Assembly: GCA_964016885.1 (NCBI GenBank)
Contig: OZ024745.1
Location: forward strand, 58,714,001-58,778,000
Direction: 5' to 3'
Length of the DNA: 64,000 bases
Source of the DNA: Eledone cirrhosa
Lineage: Eukaryota
The position numbers and the translations under genes were made by a program. Below the pieces are notes generated by a model. That model did not search any database and had not been told where the DNA came from. It was given only the letters and a program-made list of their open reading frames with translations. Position 1 is the stretch's first letter. Every line of letters starts with the position of its first letter. Shown in pieces: positions 43,323 through 57,340 of this stretch.

Positions 43323-44285
43323 TGTTATTATTAGACCATCTTCTGCAGTAGACAAATATATATATATAGTTGAAAAATAAAATATATATATAGTTGAAAA
43401 TGAACGAACAAAACACAGGAGGCCATTGTATACAGTTATATAGGTTCACGCTTGATAGAAGTGGAGGAGGTTTCAACGTGTCGGACCGAAGGAAATTCGG
43501 ATAGGGAAAGAACAGAAACTCCGAGGAGGAGTAAGGAGAGAAGTTAAAAAGTTAAAAAAATAGAAAATGTAAAAATAGAAATTAAAAATAAAAATGGATA
43601 GGAGGGGGTCTATATGTCCAAGCTGGGGACAGAGGGGGTGGGGGAGATGGATTGATGGGTAACTAGCTAGCCAGCTAGCTAGATAGATATATAGATAGAT
43701 AGAGATATAGAGAGATAGATAGATAGTCAGGCATGCGAACATTTTCAGTCTACGGTATTCCACTCGCACGATCAACATAGAGCAGAAAACTCTATGTTTA
43801 ATCATGAATTAGTTAAATATAGACTGGTCTGCTGTGAATAGATTGCTTCACTGAACATTAGGATTGCTTCGCTTATAAGTATCTCTACGGAAGAGCAATG
43901 CAAATGTTGATCATGTGCGAAATATAATTATCACTAGTACTCAGAATATGCCGACATTTTTCAGTTTTCTGGCGGCCAGAAGTGTATTTTCTGTCTTTTT
44001 ATATTATTCTTTCTTCTCAAAAAAAGAAAATGAAATGTTCTTCCAATTAAATAGTTTCACTTTTTCCAGAGGGTCTATACCACGTTTCAATTGTTTTTTT
44101 TTCGTATTTTTTGTTGTTTTTTTTTCTATCATCATTTGCATTTTACGGGTCATAAAGAGGACTGGAAGAGGGAAATATAATTGGCATAACAAAGCGATAA
44201 TATAATAGCATTAAACGGCAACGTTTCCTTTCTTTCCTCACCTACTACGGTTAGCAGCAGCACCAACAGCAACTCAATACCCCCA

Positions 44286-44327
<42 letters not shown>

Positions 44328-45618
44328 TACCAACTTCCTCTTCTCTTTCCTGATCATCATCATCATCACCATTTTGACAGCAACAAATTCCGTTTAAACT
44401 AATTATAGGTGGTTTTCCATTAACAAATATTAGTTTGGCGTACAACTGACTCTATTTGACAGTGATATTTGAGAGATTTGTGACAGATGAAAAATATAAT
44501 TTATCTAATGAATAACTATCTTTTTTCATTAGTATTATTGAGTAAAGAACAAGATTTGAGTATAAGAAAACGTTTAGGTAACAGTAAAGTATCGCTTTCA
44601 ATAGTATTGCTCGCTGTTTTGTGAAATTAAACCCGCTTGAGAAATGTATCCAAAGTGATATTCTCTATAAATGATATTAATAGTAAAGAGAACTACAGTA
44701 ATGCTATACCAACGAAACACATTAACTTCAACGACTGGAAATATTCGAGAGGATAATCTACCTGGGATAAGAATCAAGAAATCGTTTTCATTCTAACTTT
44801 TCACTTACTGTAAGCCAATTGTCATTAGATAGATTATTGCCGTCACTTTTCTGGTTTCCTAAACAAACCAGTACATTTCCATAGCTTCCAAATTAAGAAT
44901 TCTGGAGGTGAAATCTTTTCTGTCAAATTATATAACAACTAAATAATATAGGCTGCACAACCACACACAAACAAGCGTATTCTGACGAATCCTGAGTTAA
45001 TCCCAACGAGTAGTGCTCTAGCTGTTCATTATGGTCGAAGTGTTTGAGTATTCCACTAACACATATCTTAAACGAAATCCTCAGTCAAAATGTGTGTGTA
45101 ACAAGGCTGGAGTTATATTACACTTATAGTGCAACTGATAGGCTTCTTCATAATGTATGTCTACTCAAAGTCAGACATGATGCCTTGTTCGATCCGAAGC
45201 TAGAAAGAAGGATATTTACTCAAAATGTAACGCAATCAAATCGAGCTTGAGATCTCAGGATTGCAAAGCGAACTTCATAATCTATGCATATATGAATGTA
45301 TACACATGCACATACAAATGACACATAGATATACATAGATATGGTAGGAAGCATTATGGTACGAAGATATGGTACGAAGCATTATCAATCAGAGGACTCA
45401 GAAAATTTATTTCTACCAATTCATTCTTCAAATTCGATTAATTCCATTGGCTTATCAATAAGATAATGCTTCCATCGATTAAAAGCAACATTTTTGGACA
45501 TTTGCTTGTGAAACACTCTTTACTTTATATATCAGCTCTGTAACTACGTTCATAAATTATCTGCAGTAGCAACCGACTATTAAATACTCCAAAGTAAATA
45601 TAAATAAATAAATAAATA

Positions 45619-45696
<78 letters not shown>

Positions 45697-46459
45697 GTTA
45701 TATATATCAGAGTAGTACAATATTCTAAACCAAAACGAAATATGACAAAAGTAAATATTAAAATGAATAAAAGAAGACATTTTTTTTCAAAACATCCTAC
45801 TGTGAGACCATTTGTGTTTCATGTTATACATAACAGCGTGGTACAACTCTTCTATACATTATCACACACTGAAACACGTAAATTAATAATACTAAGGTTG
45901 ATGACTAAATTGGCTACTTGATATCACGAACACAAATTTTGGCATCAGATTCCATAACCTGTTACTGGGGAATATTTCTAAACCTGATGGAGCCCTTCTC
46001 CTCTCCAGGTTTTAACACACTCGATTTGTTACAGACGAGGAAAGAAAGTAATAGAAGTAAACTGAGAAAGAGATATTAAAGAAGAATCTCGACCCTAGTT
46101 CTAGACTGGTACTCTATTTGTCGACCTCAGAAGGATGAAAGGCAAAGTTGATCTCCACATGCAGCAAAACGGAACGAATACCACAAAGTATTCTATCGAA
46201 TGTTCTAACGGGTCTGTCAATTCGCCTATATATATACATACCTACACATATATATGGGGTCTTCAGAAATAATTATTTCTGAAGACAGCATATATATGTG
46301 TAGGTATGTATATTCCCTCTGATAGTTTGTAAAATTTTTACATAGATCTATATGATATACATACCAACACACATATATATCCTAGAAACGATCGTAAAAT
46401 GATGACATTTTTAATATAAGGAACTGTTTCTTTGTTTTTATTCATTGTTTTTATTAATT

Positions 46460-46531
<72 letters not shown>

Positions 46532-48996
46532 TAGTAAAGCATGCATAGTGTACTCCTCCAATTTCTGGTCTCTCCGGTCTCATCACAGCAAAATTGCTTA
46601 GGATTATCTTGGGATGTGATTAGGAAGCTAAGCGTAGCCAATTAGTTTGAGTCGAGAACCTACACACAAAAACTCATACATATACACATATCTAGTCACA
46701 CTTACACAAACAAATTATATATCTTGATGAAAATAAATATATCTCTAAAGGTATATGCTTTCTTTATTGAGAATAGGTATGAGAAAAAAACGTATAGATG
46801 TCGGTTGAAGGTGATTCTATCAGGATTTGAACTGGTTATGAAAAATCACTAAAAACACGAAGGAATTAGTTGGCGGTTTTATATTTCCACAGGTTTTTTG
46901 AATGTAGATATTAATATTATTATTTATATAAAGTTGTTAGATTGGCAGTATCAGTATAGAGCCAAACAAAGTGATGTGTGTTATATAAATTAATTCTCTC
47001 CATATATATCTTAACGCATATAATATTTATCCTTACCTATACATAATTAGCATAAAATAATTTTGTTCCTCTGTTATGAATTCAAATCATTGTGGGATTA
47101 ATTTACCATTTATTCTGAGACGTAGCCAGTTTATAATGAAAGAGGCGGGGAGTGAGCACATAAAATGGCGCCAAGACAGATACCAAATAATTTTTTATTA
47201 ATTATATATTTATATTTTGAGTTTAAAATCAAAAGAAAAGGCAGATACAGTTTTAAAGACGTACATAATTATTGTTTTACTTGTTAAATAAAAGCACACA
47301 CTCAAAACAGTTTTACAGTAAGCTCATAAACCTCAAAATATAATAAAATCAAGTGGGTTATTTAATTATTTGTTTACATAATCTGCATTGTCAAAATGCT
47401 ACTAAATTTGGAAATCACATTTTTAAAATGCTTAAATCTTTACAAGAGCTCTAAGCAGGATTCAACCAAGAATTTCTTTCGAAATGGAAAGTAGGTGTCA
47501 TTTTGACGATTCTTTTTCTCGATTTGAAACTTCTGTCATCGTTTCTTTTTCTTGGTATTTTTCTCCGTGGTATTTCTTATGATCGTTTTTCTAGTCAGCC
47601 TTAATAATAGACATGATATAAAACACACGTAATAAAATGAAAAATCAACTTAAACTTGCCTTTGCAATATATAATTGACAGAAGCCTACGAAGAGATGAT
47701 CATACATTCTATGCGGAGATATTATGAAAATAGTTGTTCTAACGTGCTTAAATCTTTTATTTGTGGATTTATAACAATACAAGGGAACTAAGCAGGATTT
47801 GACCACACATTTCTTTAGAGCAGCAAATGGAAAGTACGTATCCAATTTTTGATATTTTGACGATTCTTTTTCTAGATTTGCAACTTTTGTCATAACAGAT
47901 AGTTTCAATGTGTCCCATGAATATATTATTATAAGTAGATATGAGGCAATGATCCTTAGTTCAGCCTTGATTTCTGATAGGATTGACATTTAGCTTTTTT
48001 TCCGAATTCGGTAAGACAAGGTACCAGTCTAATTCTATATACATTAAGACTACTAGAAAGAAAAGAAAAGGATAAAGATCCCATAACTCCTTGTGGAGTC
48101 ATACAGCGTGTTTATGGCACATTTAAACCTGACAGAGCTCAACCCTCTCCAGGTCTGAATACAGCCCATTTTTTTATATCGACACCACTACTGGACTGGT
48201 ACTTTTTTATCGACCTCGAAAGGATGAAATGCAATAGACTACTACTCTCTCTATAAAACGACCAAGTCGTACCTAAGCTACATGCACTAGAGTCGAGATA
48301 ATCGACTTTTCCCTCCCACAAATCTGTTGGCGTGTGGCTAAATCAGAAACCAATCTTTAAGATAAAAGAATCTTGCAAGTACGGGTGTCAAATTCATTTA
48401 CTATACACCTTCTCCCAAATTGTGGTAAGGGATCTTATTTGTATTAAAGCAATCGGGTAGAATGCTTTGCGGTATTTGACCCGGGTATTTGCGCTCCGAG
48501 TTCAAATACCAACATGATTTGAGTGCTCAAAGAAGGTAAGGAATTTTGTGACAGTCTTACTCGTTAGAAAATATCGTTAATATTTCATATTGTATATTAT
48601 GGCAGGGCAGCAAGTTCACAACGACTGCAAACCAAAGTACTTCATTAACATCGTTTATGTCCTTCGGAAAAACACAGAACTAATTACTTTTGTTTCCCTA
48701 CTTCTCAAAATTCTCATGCTTTATGTTTATTGTTTCCATATTAAATCAATTTTCAATTATTATATGCAATATTGCCTAACTTCATTATGTAAAAAGATTT
48801 CACGGGAACCTGTTTGTGCTTGCTATTGCAGTTTAATGTGTATTTCCCTTAATATATTTACACTTTCAACCTCACCAGAAGCAGGCCTGTCATTTTGCTG
48901 TCTTCGGTTACTTGAGTTAACTTAGAAGTAATTTTTAACTGGCAAAATTCTTCTCCGAAGAACTTCTCTAGTCCAGTTCTCCTGGGATTTTCTCAC

Positions 48997-49027
<31 letters not shown>

Positions 49028-49030
<3 letters not shown>

Positions 49031-49420
49031 AAATAATAGGAGGCTGGACTGGTGTAAATCCTTGAAAGGTTTATTATACTATGATCATTACAATGACCGG
49101 GTTCAGTATGAATCCGGTGACATCATATAGTCGATTGTCCTCTTGTCTCTGATTTTCAGCCCCATGGATTGTATCTGTTATATTTTGAATACCTGATGAT
49201 GTCACCGGATTCATACTGAACCCGGTCATTGAAATGATCATAGTATAATAAACCTTTCAAGGATTTACACCAGTCCAGCCTCCTGTTATTTTATAATAAT
49301 TAACTCCGTACTCGCACCACCAACTACACAAACGAAGACGGGTGAGTTGCTCTCCATAATATTACATCGAGATTGACCATACGGAATGACCAGTTCTATC
49401 CAGTGGTGAACCAACAAACT

Positions 49421-49424
<4 letters not shown>
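49028..49424 (+). mobile_element. Family H fold-back element with tail
   Basis: Arms about 49030-49115 and 49197-49292, tail to about 49424, (TA)n on both sides. Confidence 0.85.
49189..49246 (+). ncRNA. Minimal type I hammerhead ribozyme
   Basis: ATAC-CTGATGA-[..ACCGGATTCA-TAC-TGAACCCGGT..]-GAAA-TGATCA-TA|GTAT; palindromic stem III ATGATCAT. Confidence 0.8.
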
Positions 49425-49502
<78 letters not shown>

Positions 49503-49505
<3 letters not shown>

Positions 49506-50044
49506 CGTTTCTGAATTTGTTTAGCAAGATTCTTTATCTGAAATCGTGTGTTGAAACCGATATTGTTATACTTTGGGAGGGTCATGTTGCCAATAAGAAA
49601 CACACGCACCAGTTGCTTTCACTTCAATTTATTATATATTTATAAATTCATAAATTTACAAATCTACAAACTTATAAATTATAAATTTCTGGTTGGTTGG
49701 TTGGTTCCACAACCAGATAGTTGTTTATATATATAGTCATAGTCCTTTCGTCACACACTCTGTGACCTCTTCAGTGACTGGGGATTCCTTTCTTCGTTTC
49801 TGTGCCTTTTCTTTCTTCTATCCTACGCCATTTTTTTTTTTAGAGGTCACAGAGTGTGTGACGAAAGGACTATGACTATATATATAAACAACTATCTGGT
49901 TGTGGAACCAACCAACCAACCAGAAATTTATAATTTATAAGTTTGTAGATTTGTAAATTTATGAATTTATAAATATATAATAAATTGAAGTGAAAGCAAC
50001 TGGTGCGTGTGTTTCTTATTGGCAACATGACCCTCCCAAAGTAT

Positions 50045-50050
<6 letters not shown>
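49503..50050 (-). mobile_element. Family D fold-back element, copy 2
   Basis: Tail 49503-49560, minus-strand pLTR to 49834, T run, plus-strand arm 49842-50050. Confidence 0.9.
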
Positions 50051-50134
<84 letters not shown>

Positions 50135-50200
50135 GACGTAAAATAAGAAAATTTTAAAAATTAAAAATTAACTTACTTACTAAATATATATATATATATT

Positions 50201-52293
50201 ATTATACTTGGGGAGGGTCATATTTATGTAATAATATTGCCAGAATTAATAACAGAACACACTCACTGTTTGGTTGGTTTTCGCTTCTGTGTCCTTTATA
50301 TCGGTTAATTTAATTTATTCGGTCCTCAATGTTACCATTGACTGACCAACGGTCAAAAATACAGATACAATATAGACACAAACACATATATATAGTCTAC
50401 ACATATATATAGTCTATAACTACCCTAAAGGGCCACATATTCAAGTTCAACGAGAAGATCTACACCCAAAATGAGGGAGCAGCCATTGGCGTCAGCATAG
50501 CTGGTGACGTTGCCAACCTATTTATGGTATGGTGGGAAAGGAGACTTAAAGATCTCCTTGATGAGTGCTCCATAGACCTCATCATATACTCTCGTTACGT
50601 AGACGACATCAATATAGTAATAAGGACATCCTACAAGAGAGCACTAACAAGTTTGATTTAGAACGTAGCACAAAGGAAAGCATCCAGCAGATAGCTAATT
50701 CCATACACCAGAGTATAACTATAACTATCGACTACCCTTCCAAACACCCTAACAATAGACTACCTGTATTAGACACGGAACTCTAGATTAACACTATAGA
50801 CGAGAGAGCCCAAATTCTCCACTCACACTATGCTAAACCCATGGCCTCCAAATACCTGATACTCAAAAACTCAGCAATGTCCAGTAGTGCTAAGTTTAAT
50901 ATTCTGATCGCAGACTTGGTACGAGTGATGAAGAACGTGTCCCGCATGTGCGACCCAACAGAAATGGAAAGATACATCCAACACTTCATCAACCGCATGT
51001 AGTTCTCTGGCTATAACCAAAGAGACAGAATCAGAGTATACGAAGGAGCCACAGAGAAGTATAAGACCCTCATAGAACTGGACATGAAAGGAATCTGCCC
51101 ATTATACAGGCGCAAATCATGGAATAGCTTAGATAGGACTAGACATAAGATAGGGGAAGCCACCTCATGGTACGACAACCAGAGATACCAGAGTGTCATG
51201 TTTGTGGACGCTACCTCTGGAGGTAAATTAGCTAACCAGTGTAGAAAGGCCCTGAGAAAGACCCACTTAAAGATTAAGGTGGTAGAAAAGCCGGGAACCA
51301 CCATAAAATCCCTGATCAGCAAAACCTACCCTTTTAAGAAAACCCACTGTACTAATAGGAAATGTATCATATGTAAAGTAAACCCCCGGATAAACTGTAA
51401 AACTAGAAACGTAGTCTATAGCATAAGATGTACAGAGGGTACTTGCAAAAACATGACAACAACATACATAGGCGAGACAGCTCGTAGCATAGGTGAAAGG
51501 ATAGACCAACACTGGGGGGAACTAAAAGGACGAAAAAACGGTTCAGTACTATACGAACATGGCAGACAACAACACGACGGTAACATAGACAACATAGAAA
51601 TTAGAATAATATCTAAACATAGAAATGACCCAGCAGATAGGCAAATCAGAGAGGCCAGCGAAATAGAACTTAGAAGGCCAAGGCTAAACAGAAAAAATGA
51701 ATGGAACAACAACAACACCCAAACAAACAAGACTGACCTAAGAGAAGTATAAATAAATAAATAAATACATACACAAGCACAATAACAACAAACACATATA
51801 AACACACACGAGTAAACTAAGATAGAATACAATAACCAATACACAGTCACCCAAACACGAACACACATCAAACAAAACACTATACACACACGCAAACGCA
51901 TGCGCAGAGAAGACAAAAATATAAACAAATAAATAAATAAATAAATAAACTGACTAAATTAAGATGGCGTAGGCATACAATGCAACGGGAGGAAACATAA
52001 TAGCACCACTGACGATGATCCAGATGTGCAACGAAAGAACTTTGTTAGACTATATATATGTGTTTATGTCTATATTGTATCTGTATTTTTGACCGTTGGT
52101 CAGTCAATGGTAACATTGAAGACCGAATAAATTAAATTAACCGATATAAAGGACACAGAAGCGAAAACCAACCAAACAGTGAGTGTGTTCTGTTATTAAT
52201 TCTGGCAATATTATTACACAAATATGACCCTCCCCAAGTATAACAATATTTGTTTCGGCACAGGATTTCATATCAAAAACCTCGCAAAACTAA
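50201..52293 (+). mobile_element. Penelope-like element E copy 1 (possibly Naiad-like), 5'-truncated, inverted pLTR plus tail
   Basis: 50201-50399 is the reverse complement of about 52046-52243; tail about 52249-52293; RT/EN coding 50431-51752. Confidence 0.92.
50431..51752 (+). pseudogene. PLE RT (C-terminal half)-GIY-YIG ORF, disrupted
   Basis: YTQNEGAAIGVSIAGDVANLFMVWW, SRYVDDINI, DYPSKHPNNRLPVLD, HYAKPMAS, C-x4-CxxC linker, NVVYSIRC..C..YIGETARS..ERIDQH and RQIREA. One frameshift near 50630 and two TAG stops. Confidence 0.9.
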
Positions 52294-52334
52294 TATATAT
52301 ATATATATATGTGTTATTTTAATAAATATATCTG

Positions 52335-52522
<188 letters not shown>

Positions 52523-52551
52523 GGTATATATATATATATATGTGTGTTTGT

Positions 52552-52840
52552 GAAGGCGCATGGCTTAGTGGTTAGAGCAGTAGGCTTGCAATCGAAAGGT
52601 TATGAGTTCAATTCTCGGACCGGGTGATGTGTTGTTTCCTTGAGCAAGATACTTTATTTCACGTTGCTCCAGTTTACTCAGTTGAAAATGAGTACCAGCA
52701 ATAGCTGGAGGTTTAATCCTGCGATGGACTGGCGTCCTGTACAGGGGGGTAGTCTTGTACTCTCAGTCGCTTCACGTCATGAAACCGGGATAAGCACCGG
52801 CCAAATGAGCCTTCTGGCTTAAGACAGACTTTAGACTTAC
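52552..52840 (+). mobile_element. tRNA-derived SINE with CORE-like and V-like central domains
   Basis: A-box TGGCTTAGTGGTTAGAGC, B-box GAGTTCAATTCTC, CORE-like CCTTGAGCAAGATACTTTA..CTCAGTTGAAAATGAG, and V-like CCTGCGATGGACTGGCGTCCTGTACAGGG. Confidence 0.8.
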
Positions 52841-53031
52841 GGCCTGCGCGCCCAGCCAGAGGGATGGCGTCATCGCATGGCTAAAACAGCACGTGCTGTG
52901 ACCAGCGGCGTGAATGGCGCCCGACAGACTGGTCGGTCAAGGTGATCAAGGTGATATATGTAAAAGGCAAACATAAATAACAACACAATCGGTACATGGA
53001 CATATGTGTATGTGCATTTATTTATGTATTT

Positions 53032-53089
<58 letters not shown>

Positions 53090-53093
53090 GCAT

Positions 53094-53169
<76 letters not shown>

Positions 53170-53899
53170 TAGAGAAAGCGGGATGGAGGAGAGATTCTAA
53201 AAATGTATTACTATACATTATGACGTTAATTTGAATTGTTTTTCTACAAATCCATATCTTTCACCAAGATAAACATAATTTTTTTCAATTGGGTGCTACC
53301 TACAATTACTAGGGACTGAATAGACACGATTACTCTATATATATATATATAGTGACATAAGCGACATGTGACATTGTATTACTGTTCCAATAAAAATGTG
53401 ACTACGACATGATAACTGCAATCAAACATATTGATTGATTATTACTATCTCCGCCTGCTATTGTTAGTTTCCTGCACTCAACATCTCGTCACTACACACG
53501 TGGGCACGTACAGAAGCGCGTATGACCGTATTGTAGCCACGGTAAGAGGACAGACATATTTTCAAAGAACCGTATTGTCGATATGATCTTTAACCATAGC
53601 AACCAGTTGGGTATGATTATAGGTAACTTATAATTAAAACATGTAAAAAAAAAGCATTTAGTGTGTATGTCAGAAAACATATCATATTGAAATACATTGA
53701 TTGAATTGGAAACAGACCGTTGATTTCAATGTCTACGTGTTGTTTTACATATCGCAGCCATCTTATTTACTTATGCACTTATATCAGTTTACTAAAAGAC
53801 ACGTTTTCATTACACAAATGTATATATACATACTTACGAACACACACACGCACACACATACACACGCGCATACATATGTATATATATACATATATAAAT

Positions 53900-53955
<56 letters not shown>

Positions 53956-54086
53956 ATTTATGTATGTATGTATATACATAGGTATGCGCGTGTGTATGTG
54001 TGTGCGTGTGTGTGTGTTCGTAAGTATGTATATATACATTTGTGTAATGAAAACGTGTCCCTTAGTAGTATATAACGTGTCCCTTA

Positions 54087-54211
<125 letters not shown>

Positions 54212-54257
54212 GAAAGACGGAAAGTGAGAAAGAAAATAGTATTATTAGTGTATTTAA

Positions 54258-54448
54258 GGGCGGTGGATTTGCAGTATCGGTAGAGAGTCGGACGCCATGC
54301 TTTCCAGTATAGTTACGTCCCTTTACGGTCTGAGTTAAAATCCCGTCGAGGTTAACTTTGCCTTTCATCCTTACGGGGTCGATAAAATAAAGTACCAGTA
54401 ATGTACTGGGTAATTGCTGGCCTTGTGCCAGAAGTAGAAACAATTATT
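54258..54448 (+). mobile_element. Young major-family SINE with 16-bp TSD
   Basis: TSD ATTATTAGTGTATTTA at 54241-54256 and 54443-54458. Confidence 0.92.
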
Positions 54449-54496
54449 AGTGTATTTATGAAAGGAAAATGCCTACCATCATGTGTATTAATTATT

Positions 54497-54685
54497 AATT
54501 GTTTCTACTATTGGCACAAGGCCAGAAATTACCCAGTACATTACTGGTACTTTATTTTATCGACGCCGTAAGGATGAAAGGCAAAGTTAACCTCGGCGGG
54601 ATTTGAACTCAGAATGGCAAGGGCCGTAACTCTATGCGTCAAAGCATGGCGTCCGACCCTCTATCGATACTGCCAATCCACCGCC
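54497..54685 (-). mobile_element. Young major-family SINE
   Basis: Full head, core and tail; TSD AATTATTAAT. Confidence 0.9.
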
Positions 54686-54876
54686 AATTATTAATGTAAT
54701 GCATAGAGTAGAGGCTAAAATCTATTTAAAATTTATTCTGTACATCATCTGTAGTAGAAGTACGTTTCGATTACTTATATCACATCGCTACAGATCAGGG
54801 ACAATATATTATTTGTAAAGTTATATTAAAGATGGCTTTTTCAAAGTTATAGTTAAACCATTGATGTATAGGGGAA

Positions 54877-55295
54877 ATAATTGTTTCTACTTTAGGCACA
54901 AGGCCAGCAAGTACCCAGTGCATTACTGGTACTTTATTTTATCGACCCCGTAAGGATGAAAGGCAAAGTTAACCTCGGCGGGATTTGAACTCAGATTGTA
55001 AAGGGACGTAACTATGCTAGAAAGCATGGCGTCCAACACTCTACCGATACTGCCAATTCACCGCCCTTGATGTATAGGGGAAATAATGGTTTCTAATTTC
55101 GGCACAATGTTGGAAAATTCTGGGGAGGGGAAAGTCGATTATATCACCCCTAGTACTTTACTGGTATTTTATTTTATCGACTTCGGAAAGGCTAAGTTGA
55201 TCTCGATAGTAGTTGAACTCACAACGTAAAGAGCATGAACAAATACTGCTGCACATTTCTCCAATGCTCTAACAACTCTGCTAGTGCATCACGCT
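54877..55295 (-). mobile_element. Young SINE (54877-55066) inserted at the 3' end of an older SINE (55081-55295)
   Basis: 21-bp TSD TTGATGTATAGGGGAAATAAT at 54861 and 55067; degenerate third copy TGTATAGGGGGAATA at about 55295. Confidence 0.88.
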
Positions 55296-55849
55296 GTATA
55301 GGGGGAATATTGAAATGAAATAGAGTAACAAACAGGGTTACATTCATCCTACCAGGCTAAACATGTTCAGTAACATTTGAATGGTGGCGATTTGCTTGGT
55401 AAGAATGAATTCGACATTTGTTGCGCAGTAGAATTAATCTTCCGCATAGTTAGATCCCATCTTTAATATATCGAGTATAGTTTATTAGTATTAATGAAAA
55501 TATAGTTATATTGTCATTTATATTGGTCTTCAATAATTACAAGTTTCGAATTCTTACATAAAGCAATAAATATTAACACCTACGCCCCCACCCCACCACC
55601 ACTCCGAATAAAGAGAGAGATGATGAACTAGTCTTCTAACTGGAAAGCAGGCAGGACAGACATATTATATGAAATGTGAATGAGATGAGGTTAGTGATAT
55701 AAACAATGATGTTTCAGAGAAAGGGGAGCGGTCGAATATGTAGCAGGAAGAAGACTGAAACTGTTGCCTCCATAAAGCAATAAATCATACAAATCTTACA
55801 TGTGCATAATATATATAGATTTCAGAACTTACGACTTGTATATGCACAC

Positions 55850-56335
55850 TATCCTTACATCTCTTTGCCAGACACTTACCGTAGACTTTACCGGGAAGAC
55901 CTAACAAGGATATCCCTCTATAATTAAAGCGATCTTTCTTCTCTCCCTTTTTGAAAAATGGAATTATCACTCTCGATCGACATTGCTCAGGTGCTTTTCC
56001 AGAGATCTAGGTTCCCTGGCACACACGAGTCAGCCAGAAAATACCTTTCTATTTAAGGCTTTTAATACATCAAGCCGAATTTCATCCTCTCCAGAGGCTT
56101 TGCAGCATTTGAGCGCTTTAATTGCTCTGATGACTTCAACCTCGGAGAGTTTAGTTATCGCTCCCAGATGCACTTCATGTACATCAAATGTTGTTGTGAC
56201 TGGGTTTTGGGAAATCAGCAAAGTATTCTCTTTACCTGTCGAGGATGTACCTCTCTGTATGTGGTTATATATAGCAGTCATCTTCCATCGCTTGTGTCGA
56301 TACGACTTCATCTTGGAATAACAACATCGCATTTA
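55850..56335 (-). mobile_element. Decayed RTE-type LINE fragment (pre-RT and RT start)
   Basis: [20 protein letters not shown] and IIPFFKKGEKKDRFNYRGISLLGLPGKVYGKCL in different frames. Confidence 0.85.
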
Positions 56336-56382
56336 GTGCTGAACATGGTTTATACTTGCATTGATTTCAATCAATCTAACGT

Positions 56383-56477
<95 letters not shown>

Positions 56478-56490
56478 TTACATTATATAT

Positions 56491-56558
<68 letters not shown>

Positions 56559-56637
56559 GTATATATATATATGTATATATATATATGTATATATATATAT
56601 ATGTATATGTATATATATATATGTATATATATATATG

Positions 56638-57340
<703 letters not shown>

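Noticed and set aside
45920-46050. Apparent minus-strand exon (VLKPGEEKGSIRF..)
   Set aside because: Matches the alternative SINE tail seen at 13020, 25620 and 48090.
50784-51002. In-frame stops as selenocysteine recoding in PLE E
   Set aside because: Both stops are TAG at positions expected for TGG/CAG, not TGA, and there is also a frameshift; ordinary decay.
52552-52625. tRNA gene
   Set aside because: A and B boxes are present, but the acceptor stem is not formed and the sequence continues into SINE core domains. The same applies to the other SINE heads.
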